From positions 615,733 through 679,732 of the forward strand of contig CAWEBU010000006.1 of assembly GCA_963807405.1 (NCBI GenBank): a stretch of DNA of 64,000 nt. The letters are read 5' to 3'. Under the pieces are notes generated by a model. It saw only the letters and a program-made list of their open reading frames with translations, did no database searches and was not told the origin of the DNA. The DNA is from an uncultured Acidobacteriota bacterium (lineage in GTDB: Bacteria > Acidobacteriota > Vicinamibacteria > Vicinamibacterales > UBA2999). Position 1 is the stretch's first letter. Each line of letters opens with the position of its first letter. The position numbers were made by a program, and so were the translations under genes. Shown piece by piece: positions 37,781-46,839 of the stretch.

Positions 37781-38125
37781 AGCTCGGTCGTTGGCCGTCC
37801 CGCGACGGTCTTCAGGCACGCCGCGTCAGGCAGGCCTGACGCGAGCGGGCACGAATCCCGCGGTCGGCCCACACGCCCTGTTAGAGCTCGGTCGTTGGCC
37901 GTCCCGCGACGGTCTTCAGGCACGCCGCGTCAGGCAGGCCTGACGCGAGCGGGCACGAATCCCGCGGTCGGCCCACACGCCCTGTCAGAGCTCGGTCGTT
38001 GGCCGTCCCGCGACGGTCTTCAGGCATCGCCGCGTCAGGCAGGCCTGACGCGAGCGGGCACGAATCCCGCGGTCGCACACGCCTTGTCATATCTCGGTCG
38101 TTGGCCGTCCCTCGACGGTCGACGG
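37781..38125. repeat. about 104-bp tandem repeat, 3 full copies plus a diverged partial copy, each with three GC-rich hairpins
   Basis: Unit starts at 37781, 37885, 37989 and 38091. Copies 1 and 2 differ at one base. Hairpins: GGCCGTC-ccgc-GACGGTC, CGCGTCAGG-cagg-CCTGACGCG and GCGGG-cacgaat-CCCGC. Confidence 0.9.
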
Positions 38126-38235
38126 GCACGACCGGATTGCCGTCTCTGCCGTGAGGGACGGGCTCCCGAATCACCGCTTGTCCTCATAGTCCGGGGTTGC
38201 CGCATGGTGGTCCCGGCCTGAAAAGGGGACGAGTG

Positions 38236-39465
38236 ATGCTGCCCACGACTAGCCCAACCGAGATTCTGGACCAACTGGATCCCTGGGGATTCGGCGCCAG
38301 CGGCGGCGACGACCAGTCGGCTGTCATCGCGCGCTACGAGCCGATCGACGAACCCGTGGATGACGACGAGCCGTTCCTCGACGCCCTGCCGGAACTGGCG
38401 GCCGTGGCGGCCGGCGTCCCGGCGGCCAGTGCCTTCCCCATGCCCCTCCCAGCGGCCGACAGCACGCAGGGACTAGGGTTGCCGTTCCCACGTCACATGG
38501 CGGCCGTGCTGGCCCTCTTCGGCGCCGTCATCGTGGCGCAGGGCTTCTACATCGGCTTCTCGCTGACCGGCGAGGCCTCGGCCCGGCCGGATGTGGGCGA
38601 AGTGGTGGTCTCGTCCCACCCCACGGGCGCGCAGGTGCGCGTGGACGGCGACATGCACGGCACCACGCCCCTCGTCCTGCCGCTCGTCGCTGGCCGCCAC
38701 CGCGTGGAGCTGGTCGGCGCGTCAGGCGACCCCACCTTCCTCGAGGCTGACGTGGTGGCCGGCGAGCGCTGGACCCGGCACGTCGTGCTGGCCCCGGCCG
38801 CCGTGGAGACGCCCCAGGCCGGCGCGCTCCGCGTTGACACCGGCCGGACACCGGCGCAGGTGCTCATCGACGGCGAGCCGGCGGGCGCCGCGCCCGTCAC
38901 GCGCGCCAACCTTGCTGCTGGTGCCCACGCCGTGCGCGTCGAGTTCCGTAACGGCACGTCGATCGAACGCACGGTCACGGTGCCGGCCAGCGAGACCCTG
39001 TCGCTCGTGCTGGACGCGCCGGCCACGCGGCCGGTCGCGCCGGCCGCACCCGCCTCGGGCTGGCTGCGCGTGGACGCGCCGTTCGAGGTCCAGGTCTTCC
39101 GCGCCGGTGACCTGGTGGGCTCGAGCCTCAGCGAACGCATCATGCTGCCGGCGGGCGGCCACGACCTCGTACTGGTCAGTGCCGCGCTCGGCTACCGTGC
39201 CACCGTCAAGGCCAACGTCGTGACCGGCAAGCTCGTGCCGCTCGTCATCGACACCCCGCGCGTGCCGGTGGCCGTCAACGCGCAGCCGTGGGCCGAGTTG
39301 ATCGTCGATGGCCGCGTGCACGGCGACACGCCGCTCGCCAACGTGATGCTGCCGATTGGCGTCCACGACATCGTGCTGCGCCATCCCGAACTCGGGGAGC
39401 GCCGGCAGACCGTGACCGTGCGTGCCAGCGGCGCCAACCGTGTTTCGGCCGACCTGCGCCGATAG
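38236..39465 (+). CDS. PEGA-domain membrane-anchored protein
   Basis: Start at ATG 38236. Acidic cytoplasmic N-terminus, one TM helix (AAVLALFGAVIVAQGFYIGF), then about 4 PEGA repeats (for example SSHPTGAQVRVDGDMHGTTPLVL and VNAQPWAELIVDGRVHGDTPL). Confidence 0.8.
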   Translation: MLPTTSPTEILDQLDPWGFGASGGDDQSAVIARYEPIDEPVDDDEPFLDALPELAAVAAGVPAASAFPMPLPAADSTQGLGLPFPRHMAAVLALFGAVIVAQGFYIGFSLTGEASARPDVGEVVVSSHPTGAQVRVDGDMHGTTPLVLPLVAGRHRVELVGASGDPTFLEADVVAGERWTRHVVLAPAAVETPQAGALRVDTGRTPAQVLIDGEPAGAAPVTRANLAAGAHAVRVEFRNGTSIERTVTVPASETLSLVLDAPATRPVAPAAPASGWLRVDAPFEVQVFRAGDLVGSSLSERIMLPAGGHDLVLVSAALGYRATVKANVVTGKLVPLVIDTPRVPVAVNAQPWAELIVDGRVHGDTPLANVMLPIGVHDIVLRHPELGERRQTVTVRASGANRVSADLRR

Positions 39466-39469
39466 GACC

Positions 39470-40510
39470 ATGTCCATGCTGGGCCGGATCACCATCGCCG
39501 CCGCCCTGGCGTGGACGCTGGCCGCGGTGCCGCCCGTCCTCGCGCAGCCAAAGGCCCCGCCGGCGTCGCGCCTGCAGGCCGGCATCGCCCTCTACGCCGC
39601 GGCGTCCTACGACGAGGCCCTCACGGCGCTCGACGCCGCCCGCGCCGTCGACCTGCCGCTCGACGATCGCGTGACGCTCGACCGGCACCGCATGCTGTGC
39701 CTGCTGGCCCTCGGCCGCATGGCCGCGGCCGACGAGGCCGCCGCCAGCCTGCTCGAAAGCAGGCCCGACTTCGTGCTCACCGCGCACGACGCCGCCCCCC
39801 GCGTGCGCGCGATGTTCGACGAGACGAGGCGGCGCGTGCTGCCGGCCGTGGTCCGGCGCGTCTACAGCGAGGCCAAACGGGCTTACGACAACGGCCGGTA
39901 CGCCGAGGCGGGCGACGGATTCACGCGCCTCGCCGGGTTGCTCGCGGATCCGCACGTGGCGGCGGCCGACCCCGCCTTTGCCGACCTCGGCACGCTGACC
40001 GAGGGCTTCCTGCAGTTGACCGCGGCGGCGATCGAGCGCCAAGCCGCCCAGCGCGACTACGACACGGTGCAGGCGGCGCTCGCGGTGTTGCAACCGAGTG
40101 GCGCGTTCGCTGCCGTCGCGGCGCCGGCTCCGGCCGTGATGTCCGCCCCGGCGCTCGAAGCGGCGCCGTCGGCCGCATCTGCGGCCGCAGCGCTGCCGTT
40201 CACCCCGCTCGGCATCTTCACCTACGACTGGCGCGACAAGGACGTGGTGCCGCCGGTGGCCGTCGACCAGGGCGTCTCGGGCTGGTGGGGCTCGATGGGC
40301 GCGCCCGCCGCTGGCGCCCCGCTCGGCGCCATCGAGGTGGTGGTGGACGAGGATGGCCGGGTGGTGGACGCGCGCATCTACCAGTCGGTCAACCGCATCT
40401 ACGACACGGTGCTGCTCGAGTCGGTCAAGCAGTGGCGCTATCAGCCGGCGACGAAAGACGGGCGTCCGGTGAAGTACCGCCGCATCACCGGCGTCGTCGC
40501 GGGACGCTGA
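39470..40510 (+). CDS. exported protein with TonB C-terminal-like domain
   Basis: Start at ATG 39470 with a signal peptide. The C-terminus VVDARIYQSVNRIYDTVLLESVKQWRYQPATKDGRPVKYR resembles the TonB_C fold. Confidence 0.65.
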   Translation: MSMLGRITIAAALAWTLAAVPPVLAQPKAPPASRLQAGIALYAAASYDEALTALDAARAVDLPLDDRVTLDRHRMLCLLALGRMAAADEAAASLLESRPDFVLTAHDAAPRVRAMFDETRRRVLPAVVRRVYSEAKRAYDNGRYAEAGDGFTRLAGLLADPHVAAADPAFADLGTLTEGFLQLTAAAIERQAAQRDYDTVQAALAVLQPSGAFAAVAAPAPAVMSAPALEAAPSAASAAAALPFTPLGIFTYDWRDKDVVPPVAVDQGVSGWWGSMGAPAAGAPLGAIEVVVDEDGRVVDARIYQSVNRIYDTVLLESVKQWRYQPATKDGRPVKYRRITGVVAGR

Positions 40511-40547
40511 GGTACGACGGCGGCCCGAGCCGCGTATACTCGCTCGC

Positions 40548-42041
40548 GTGTTTCGCCTGCTCGCGGCGGGGAGCGTCGTTCTCTGGGGCGTGCTCATCGC
40601 TGCCACGGCCCTGGCTCAGGAACCCGTGCTGCGGTGGGGGGCCGACGCCGAAGGCGGCGCGCCGTTCGTCGAGGCCGACCCCAACGATCCGTCCACCTAC
40701 CGCGGCTTCGACGTCGAGATCGCGGAACTCCTGGCGGCCGCCCTCGGGCGCCGGCCGGTGTTCGTGCAGGCCGCCTTCGCGTCGCTCGACCAGTCGGTCA
40801 AGCGCGGCGACTTCGACATCGCCATCAACGGCCTCGAGGACTCGCCCGCCAAGCGCGCGGCGCTCGCGGTCAGCGTGCCGTACTACGAGTTCAGCGAGGT
40901 GCTCACCGTGCGGACGGCCGACGCCGGCCGGTTCCGCACGCTGGCCGACCTCGAAGGCCGCCGCGTGGCCACGCTCAGCGCGACGCTGGCGTGGGAGATT
41001 CTCACGAAGGCTGAACGTGAGCACGGCGTGCAGCCGGTCTCCTACGACGACGACGTCCATCCCTACGAAGACCTGCTGCTCGGCCGCGTCGACGCCGTGC
41101 TGCTCGACAACGTGCTCGCGGAACGCTCGATGCGGCGGCACGAGGGCATGGTCACCCATCCAGACCCGGTGACCACCGGCTACTACGTGGTGCTGATGGC
41201 GCCGGACGACACGGCACTGCGTGATGCGGTCAACGCCGAGTTGCGTGCCGCGATGGCCGACGGGCGCCTCGAGACGATCTTTCGCCGCTGGCAGGTGTGG
41301 AACACGGACCAGCCGCTGATGTACGCCCGCGTGCTGGCCGGTGCCGACTCCCTGCTGGAACAGCCCGGCGGCGGCCTGTCGGCGCGACCCGACGTGTGGA
41401 CGCTGACGTGGCGCTACCTGCCGGCGCTCTTCCGCGCCGCGCTGCTCACGCTGGTGCTGTCGTGTGCGGCCATGGCGCTGGCCGTGGCGCTCGGGGTGGC
41501 GATCGCCGTCGGCCGCGTCTACGGGCCCGGCTGGGTGCGCATGCTGCTCACCGTGTTCGTGGAGGTCGTTCGTGGCACGCCGGTGCTGCTGCAGCTCTTC
41601 GTCCTCTACTACGGCCTGGCGGCGGTGGTGCGGCTGCCGCCGTTCCTGGCCGCTCTCCTCGGCCTCGGCCTGAACTACGCGGCCTACGAGAGCGAGATCT
41701 ACCGCGCCGCGCTGATGGCCGTCTCGCGTGGTCAGCTCGAGGCCGCGCGCACGCTTGGCTTCACGGCAGGGCAGACGCTCAGGCTCATCCGCGGGCCGCT
41801 GGCGTTCCGCTACGCCCTGGCCCCGATGACCAACGACTTCGTGGCCCTGCTCAAGGACTCGTCGCTCGTCTCCGTGTTGACGGTGGTCGAGCTGACGAAG
41901 CAGACGCAGATCTTCGCCGCCAACCTCGGGAGCTGGGCCGTGCCCGGCGCGCTGTGCGCGGTGATGTACCTGGCGATGTCGTGGCCGCTGGCACGGCTGG
42001 CAGCCCGGCTCGAGCGGCGGTGGGGAGCGCCCACGCCGTGA
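40548..42041 (+). CDS. polar amino acid ABC transporter, fused substrate-binding and permease protein
   Basis: The N-terminal SBP_bac_3-like half (GFDVEIAELLAAAL...DIAINGL) is fused to a HisM/GlnP-type permease (EVVRGTPVLLQLFVLYYG, EAARTLGF). Confidence 0.85.
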   Translation: MFRLLAAGSVVLWGVLIAATALAQEPVLRWGADAEGGAPFVEADPNDPSTYRGFDVEIAELLAAALGRRPVFVQAAFASLDQSVKRGDFDIAINGLEDSPAKRAALAVSVPYYEFSEVLTVRTADAGRFRTLADLEGRRVATLSATLAWEILTKAEREHGVQPVSYDDDVHPYEDLLLGRVDAVLLDNVLAERSMRRHEGMVTHPDPVTTGYYVVLMAPDDTALRDAVNAELRAAMADGRLETIFRRWQVWNTDQPLMYARVLAGADSLLEQPGGGLSARPDVWTLTWRYLPALFRAALLTLVLSCAAMALAVALGVAIAVGRVYGPGWVRMLLTVFVEVVRGTPVLLQLFVLYYGLAAVVRLPPFLAALLGLGLNYAAYESEIYRAALMAVSRGQLEAARTLGFTAGQTLRLIRGPLAFRYALAPMTNDFVALLKDSSLVSVLTVVELTKQTQIFAANLGSWAVPGALCAVMYLAMSWPLARLAARLERRWGAPTP

Positions 42042-42813
42042 CGACGACTCCGGTGCTGACCGTGACGCGGGCTCGAGCTGGCGCGCGGCGAGCGTCAGAT
42101 CCTGCGCGGCGTCGATCTGGCCGTCGACCACGGCGAGATCGTGGCCTTGATGGGCCTCTCGGGTTCGGGCAAGACGACCGTCCTGCGTGCGATTGCCGGC
42201 CTCGAAGCCTTCGGCGCCGGGCGCATCGAGGTGGACGGCCTCGTCCTCGACGGCTCGGCGAGCCATCACCGCGACCTGCACCACAAGGTCGGCATGGTGT
42301 TCCAGTTCCACTGCCTGTGGGAACACCTCACGGCCGTGGAGAACATCTGCCTGGCGCCGGTCCATGTCTACGGCACCGCGGCCGCGGACGCCGCCGTGCG
42401 GGCGCAAGGAACTGCTCGCCGACCTCGGCGTGGCGCATCGCGAGCACGCCCTGCCGCGCGAGCTGTCCGGCGGGGAAGCGCAGCGGGTGGCCATCGCACG
42501 CGCCCTGGCCGCCGACCCGCGCCTGCTGCTCCTGGATGAACCGACCGCCTCGCTCGATCCGGCGCGGCGAGCCGAACTGGGCCAGACCCTGCGCGAGCTG
42601 TCGACCCGCGGCCGCAGCCTGCTCGTCACCAGCCACGACGACGACTTCGTGCGCGACTACGCCACCCGCGTGGTGGTCCTGGCCGGCGGACGGGTGGTGG
42701 AGGAGGGGCTGCCGGGCACCGTCCTCACGACGCCGGCGCACGAGGCCACGCGGCGCCTGCTCGACATGAAGGGCGAAGCCGCGCTGCCGAGCCCGCCCAC
42801 GTCCTTGGACTGA
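42038..42813 (+). pseudogene. polar amino acid ABC transporter ATP-binding protein (GlnQ-like), two frameshifts
   Basis: GTG 42038 overlaps the permease stop. VTTTPVLTV / GLELARGERQILRGVDLAVDHGEIVALMGLSGSGKTT...AAVRA / KELLADLGV...LSGGEAQRVAIARAL...LLLDEPTASLD. Shifts lie near 42058-42066 and 42395-42405. Length is 776 nt, which is 3n+2. Confidence 0.75.
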
Positions 42814-42901
42814 CGCGCCGCCGCCGCGTCCGCGCCCGAACTTCGCCGCCGGGCCGCTCCGGGTGGGTCAGCGCCGTGCGGAGCAGGTAGAATTGAAACG
42901 C

Positions 42902-42976
42902 GGGCCGCTAGCTCAGTGGTAGAGCATCTGACTTTTAATCAGGTGGTCCTGGGTTCGATCCCCAGGCGGCCCACCA
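42902..42976 (+). tRNA. tRNA-Lys (anticodon TTT)
   Basis: 75-nt cloverleaf: acceptor GGGCCGC/GCGGCCC, D-arm GCTC-AGTGGTA-GAGC, anticodon loop CTTTTAA, T-arm CTGGG-TTCGATC-CCCAG, encoded CCA. Confidence 0.9.
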
Positions 42977-43092
42977 CGCTCTGACCCGCACCAGCGGATC
43001 GCACCGACCCTGCGACGCACTGAGCCCATCGACGCGCGAGGCGCCTGGCGCCGATCTGCGAGCTGGCGCGCGCCTGTACGTTGATGCGTGCT

Positions 43093-43980
43093 CTAGCGCG
43101 GCTCTGCTGCTGGCAACTGCTGGCGCTTGTCGAGCGCCGTCCGCAGCAGCGACACGCCCGCGTAGAGCACCACCACCACGACCAGCCAGCGGATGGCCTC
43201 GAGCGGCAGCGACTTCACGACATAGGCGGCCACCAGCACGCCGGGAATGCCGCCGAGCGCAAGACCCAGCGCGGCCCGGCCGTCGAACTTGTCCATGCGC
43301 GCGAACTTGATCCCGGCCAGCGGCAGCCCGTAGGCGGCCGAGCCCATCATGATCGGGAAGGCCGAGCGCGGGCTCATGCCGAGCAGGCTGAACACGATCA
43401 GGCTCGGCGCGTAGCTGCCGATGCCGAGCGCGTTGAAGGCGCAGAAGGTGAAGTTGAGGAGCGTCGCCACGACCAGCGTGGCGCCCGTGAAGCCCAGAGC
43501 CTCGCCGCCGCCCGGAATCCACTGCAGGTTGGTCATGGTCATGAAGATGGCGCCGACCACGAGCGCGATGGCCATCCCGAACTGCACCTGCCGGCGGGGC
43601 AGGCGCGACACGATGCCGGCGCCCACGTAGCCGCCGAGCGCGCCCACCGGCACCATCAGGCCCAGCGTGAGCGGATCCACGGCGATGGCGGTCACGAACG
43701 CGAACGCTTCGAGCGCCACGGGCACCGAGGAGCCGACGTTGAGCGTGCCGGGGATCCACTCGTCCTTGACGATCCGCAGGAAGCGGAAGGCGGCGGTGGT
43801 CGGCGCGTAGTTCCCGATCCCGAGGGTATCGAAGAACAGGCCAACGGCGCCGAGGCCGAACTGCGTCGGCGTCGGCATGCCGTGCGGATGGCCACGCCGC
43901 GCGCTTTGCCACCAGGTGGCGACGAACCAGAGGACGACGAGCACGAGGCCCGTGAGGAGGACGGGGATGGGGGACAGCAT
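43093..43980 (-). CDS. TauE/SafE-like (DUF81) membrane transporter
   Basis: 295 aa and polytopic, with two internal repeats containing LGIGNYAP and LGIGSYAP. Confidence 0.7.
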   Translation of the reverse strand: MLSPIPVLLTGLVLVVLWFVATWWQSARRGHPHGMPTPTQFGLGAVGLFFDTLGIGNYAPTTAAFRFLRIVKDEWIPGTLNVGSSVPVALEAFAFVTAIAVDPLTLGLMVPVGALGGYVGAGIVSRLPRRQVQFGMAIALVVGAIFMTMTNLQWIPGGGEALGFTGATLVVATLLNFTFCAFNALGIGSYAPSLIVFSLLGMSPRSAFPIMMGSAAYGLPLAGIKFARMDKFDGRAALGLALGGIPGVLVAAYVVKSLPLEAIRWLVVVVVLYAGVSLLRTALDKRQQLPAAEPR

Positions 43981-44055
43981 GCGGCGGGGGCTATCTTGTG
44001 CCGCAATCGCGCGGGCGGCAAGGCCCCGTTGCGAGGCCCTGCCGCCGCCAGGTCT

Positions 44056-44592
44056 TTACATGGTGGTGAAGGGGACGCTCGCCTTGGTGGTGTCCCACTG
44101 CATGACGATCATGCCGCCCTTGCCGGCCGGGTTCTTCTCGATGGTGATGGTGAACTGCTCGACCGGCTTGGCGAGCGTCTCCGTCTTCATCGGCACGCGA
44201 CCGACGTCCTGCGCCTGGGCGTACTCGGTGCCCCACTGGCCGGTCTGCTTGTTCACGAGGAGCCGCCAGCCCTTCTCGTCCACCAGGGTGTAGAGCGAGA
44301 CCTTGCCGGGGTTGACGTGGAGGGGCCCGATCATGAGCGCCTTGTCGGTTTCGAGAATCGTGGCCTCGTCGGCGCCGGTGCGCCAGACCTGGCCGTAGGG
44401 CACGATGCCTCCGAAGACCTTGCGGCCCTTCATGTAGGGACGGCCGTAGGTCACGCTGATGGCGGCGCCATCGATGGTGGCCTTCACGGTTTCGTGCGGG
44501 CTGGCCCGCTTTTCCTGGGCGGCCACGAGGCCGGCTGGGACGGCCAGAGCCGCCACGATGGCCGAGGCGACGAATGCACGACGCTGAATCAC
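44056..44592 (-). CDS. DUF2911-domain exported protein
   Basis: Signal peptide present. ISVTYGRPYMKGRKVFGGIVPYGQVWRTGADEAT and WRLLVNKQTGQWG match my recollection of DUF2911. Confidence 0.7.
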   Translation of the reverse strand: MIQRRAFVASAIVAALAVPAGLVAAQEKRASPHETVKATIDGAAISVTYGRPYMKGRKVFGGIVPYGQVWRTGADEATILETDKALMIGPLHVNPGKVSLYTLVDEKGWRLLVNKQTGQWGTEYAQAQDVGRVPMKTETLAKPVEQFTITIEKNPAGKGGMIVMQWDTTKASVPFTTM

Positions 44593-44701
44593 TGGACTAC
44601 TCCTTGAGGAACGACAGATGCGATCCGGCGCGTCAGCGCCGGGGCAAACAGCCTTTGGACTATAGCAGCCGCCTGCTGGTTTCCGCCCGGGCGGCAGGGC
44701 C

Positions 44702-45612
44702 TCACAGGATGCGCTTGCCGAAGGCCGACAGCACCAGCTCGGTGGCCAGTTCCGCGGTGGCGTTCCGGAGGTCGAGGGCGGGATTCACTTCCACGACGAT
44801 CGAGGGCCACGAGGAGGCCCGACTCCGCCACCGCCTCCATCACGAAGTGCGCCTCCCGGTAGTCGAGGCCGCCCTTGACCGGGGTGCCGACGCCGGGCGC
44901 GATCGCCGGGTCGCAGACATCGAGGTCGAACGACACGTGCACGCCGCCGGTGCCGGCCGAGGCGGCCGCCAGCGCGCGGTCCATCACCTCGGCGATGCCG
45001 AGGCGGTCGATGTCCTTCATCGTGAACGCATGCACGCCCGAGGCCTTCACGATCTCCTTCTCGCGATCGTCGAGGTTGCGGATGCCGACGAGCACCGTGT
45101 GTTCGGGGAGGATGGCCGGTCCGGCGCCCGAGATGCGCGCCAGCTCCGCCGGCTCGCGGCCGAGGAGGGCGGCCAGGGGCATGCCGTGGACGTTGCCCGA
45201 GGGGGAGGTGGCCGGCGAGTTGATGTCGGCGTGGGCGTCCACCCAGATGAGGCCCAGGGCCTGTCCACGGCCCTTCAGCCAGGCGGCACTGGCCGCCACC
45301 GACCCGGCGCCGAGCGAGTGGTCGCCGCCGAGCACGATCGGCAGTGCGCCCTCCTCGAGCGACGCCAGCGCCGTCGTGAACAGCTCCTGGCAGACCTGGG
45401 CGATTTCCTCCACGTAGCGCTTGGCCGGGATCCCCCGGGCCCTTGGTTTCGGGCAGCGGGGTGTCGATGTCGCCCTTGTCGGTGACGGGGAAGCCGAGGG
45501 CGACGAGCCGCTCGGCCAGATTCGAGATGCGGATGGCGGACGGGCCCATGTCGACGCCGCGGCGATTGCCACCAAGGTCGAGGGGCACGCCGATCAGGTG
45601 GGCGGGCTTCAT
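44702..45612 (-). pseudogene. arginase/ureohydrolase family enzyme, two frameshifts
   Basis: MKPAHLIGVPLDLGGNRRGVDMGPSAIR...PETKGPGDP / AKRYVEEIAQ...LGGDHSLG...WVDAHADIN...SFDLDVCDP...AESGLLVALD / VVEVNPALDLRNATAELATELVLSAFGKRIL. Shifts lie near 45425-45435 and 44797-44803. Length is 911 nt, which is 3n+2. Confidence 0.8.
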
Positions 45613-45724
45613 GCCGAGATTGTATGCGGCGACGTTCGCCGCCACGATAATCGCGGCTGTCATGCCCACGATGTAGGGCTGGCCTCGCACCGGCGTGCTA
45701 TATTATGGGGTTTGTTTTCACAAC

Positions 45725-45740
45725 CGCTACTTTAGTAGCG
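45725..45740. promoter_or_regulatory. perfect palindrome CGCTACT-tt-AGTAGCG upstream of the hypothetical operon
   Basis: 7-bp arms, lying 18 nt upstream of GTG 45758 and just downstream of an AT-rich TATATTAT stretch. Confidence 0.4.
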
Positions 45741-45757
45741 ACTGCCGCGGAGGCATC

Positions 45758-46192
45758 GTGCCCATCCTCGTCCGGCCCGTGCGCGAACAGCTCGAGCACG
45801 ATCGCATCATCCGATTGCTCCAGGCGCGCTACCAGAAGAAGCACGACCCGGTCATCAACATCGGCCACGAGCCGCCGACGTCGATCGTCATCGGCACCGC
45901 GGAATTCGTGCCCGATCTGATCCTCGTCGCCAACGACAAGGCCCGCAAGCTCGAGGGCGTGGTCGAAGTCGAAACGGGCGAGTCGGTCAACTCGCTCGAG
46001 GCCCTGGCGCAGTGGAGCCCGTTCAGCCGGCTGCGCGTGCCGTTCCACCTCTACGTGCCGCCGAACTCGCTCGACACCGTCCGCCGGCTGTGTCGCGACC
46101 ACAACGTGACGGTCGCCGAGCTCTGGACCTACCACACCAACCTCGATCAGGTGCGCTTCACCCTGGTGCAGAAGGCCCCGATGCCGCCCTGA
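45758..46192 (+). CDS. hypothetical protein, possible PD-(D/E)xK nuclease-like fold
   Basis: GTG 45758 follows GGAGG. FVPDLILVAND...GVVEVETGES resembles a PD...ExE/K core. No family firmly recognised. Confidence 0.5.
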   Translation: MPILVRPVREQLEHDRIIRLLQARYQKKHDPVINIGHEPPTSIVIGTAEFVPDLILVANDKARKLEGVVEVETGESVNSLEALAQWSPFSRLRVPFHLYVPPNSLDTVRRLCRDHNVTVAELWTYHTNLDQVRFTLVQKAPMPP

Positions 46193-46212
46193 ACGCGGCC
46201 CGGAAGGCCGGC

Positions 46213-46833
46213 TTGAGCGGCACGCCGAAGCTGAAGGTGGCGCCACCGCCACCGCCCCCGCCGCCGCCCCTGCCGCCGCCGCCACCGGTGTCGGTGCGTG
46301 GCAATCAGGACACCAAGGCGCCGACCCGAACGGCCGCGCAGAAGGCCTCGTTCGGCAAGTTCGTGGCCGCGGCCAAGGCGTCGGCGGCCAAGCACGCCGG
46401 CGCTCCGGCCATGCCGCCGCCTCCACCGGCCGTCAAGACGAAGCCGGCCGCCCAGAGCCAGCCGGCGAGCGCCGGTCAGGCCGCCGCCGTCTCCACCGGC
46501 AAGGCGAGCAGCCCGGCGCCGACCAGCAAGACGCCAGCGGAGGCCACGCCCGTCACCGCGGCGCCGCCGGCCAGGACGTCGGCGAAGGCCAAGTCCGCCA
46601 GTCCGGCGCCCGCGGCGAAGACCTCCGCGAAGGCCCCGGTCAAGGCCGCGGTCAAGGCCGCGGCGAAGGGCAAGGCGAAGCCGGCCAAGGCGGCGGGCAA
46701 GCCAGCCGCGAAGGCGGGCTCTCCCGGCAAGTCCGCCGCTGCGGCGCGCCAGAAGAGCGCGGCCAAGCCGGCGGCCAGGAAAGCGTCAACCGGCAAGGCC
46801 GCGGCCCGGGGCCCGGCCGGAAAGCGGCGCTAG
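46213..46833 (+). CDS. Pro-rich / Lys-Ala-rich low-complexity protein (histone-H1/AlgP-like tail)
   Basis: The frame is open from 46012 and the start is uncertain. TTG 46213 follows GGAAGG. Contains PPPPPPPPPLPPPPP, then repeated AKxxAKPAAK-type basic segments. Confidence 0.4.
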   Translation: MSGTPKLKVAPPPPPPPPPLPPPPPVSVRGNQDTKAPTRTAAQKASFGKFVAAAKASAAKHAGAPAMPPPPPAVKTKPAAQSQPASAGQAAAVSTGKASSPAPTSKTPAEATPVTAAPPARTSAKAKSASPAPAAKTSAKAPVKAAVKAAAKGKAKPAKAAGKPAAKAGSPGKSAAAARQKSAAKPAARKASTGKAAARGPAGKRR

Positions 46834-46839
46834 TCGGGC

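Noticed and set aside
37781-38125. The tandem array considered as a CRISPR array, or as tRNA genes or pseudogenes
   Set aside because: There are no unique spacers, because the whole 104-bp unit repeats, and there are no cas genes. A T-arm-like hairpin exists, but I could not build an acceptor stem or a 7-nt anticodon loop, so no cloverleaf forms.
37574-38274. ORFs inside the 104-bp repeat array (37574-37819, 37735-37923, 37881-38174, 37895-38221, 38035-38274)
   Set aside because: Their peptides simply repeat with the DNA period (RGTANDRALTGRVGRPRDSCPLASGLPDAA...), they occur on both strands, and one overlaps the tRNA. They look like artefacts of the repeat.
42977-43092. Integrated mobile element or genomic island at tRNA-Lys (and at tRNA-Glu)
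   Set aside because: There is no integrase, no direct repeat of the tRNA 3' end and no obvious compositional shift downstream of either tRNA.
46012-46212. Upstream extension of the Lys/Ala-rich ORF to 46012, or fusion to gene 45758-46192 by frameshift
   Set aside because: The 46012-46190 part overlaps the upstream gene out of frame and is Arg-rich. A fusion would need a -1 shift, unlike every other disruption in the window (+1). TTG 46213 with a GGAAGG SD gives an independent start. This remains uncertain.
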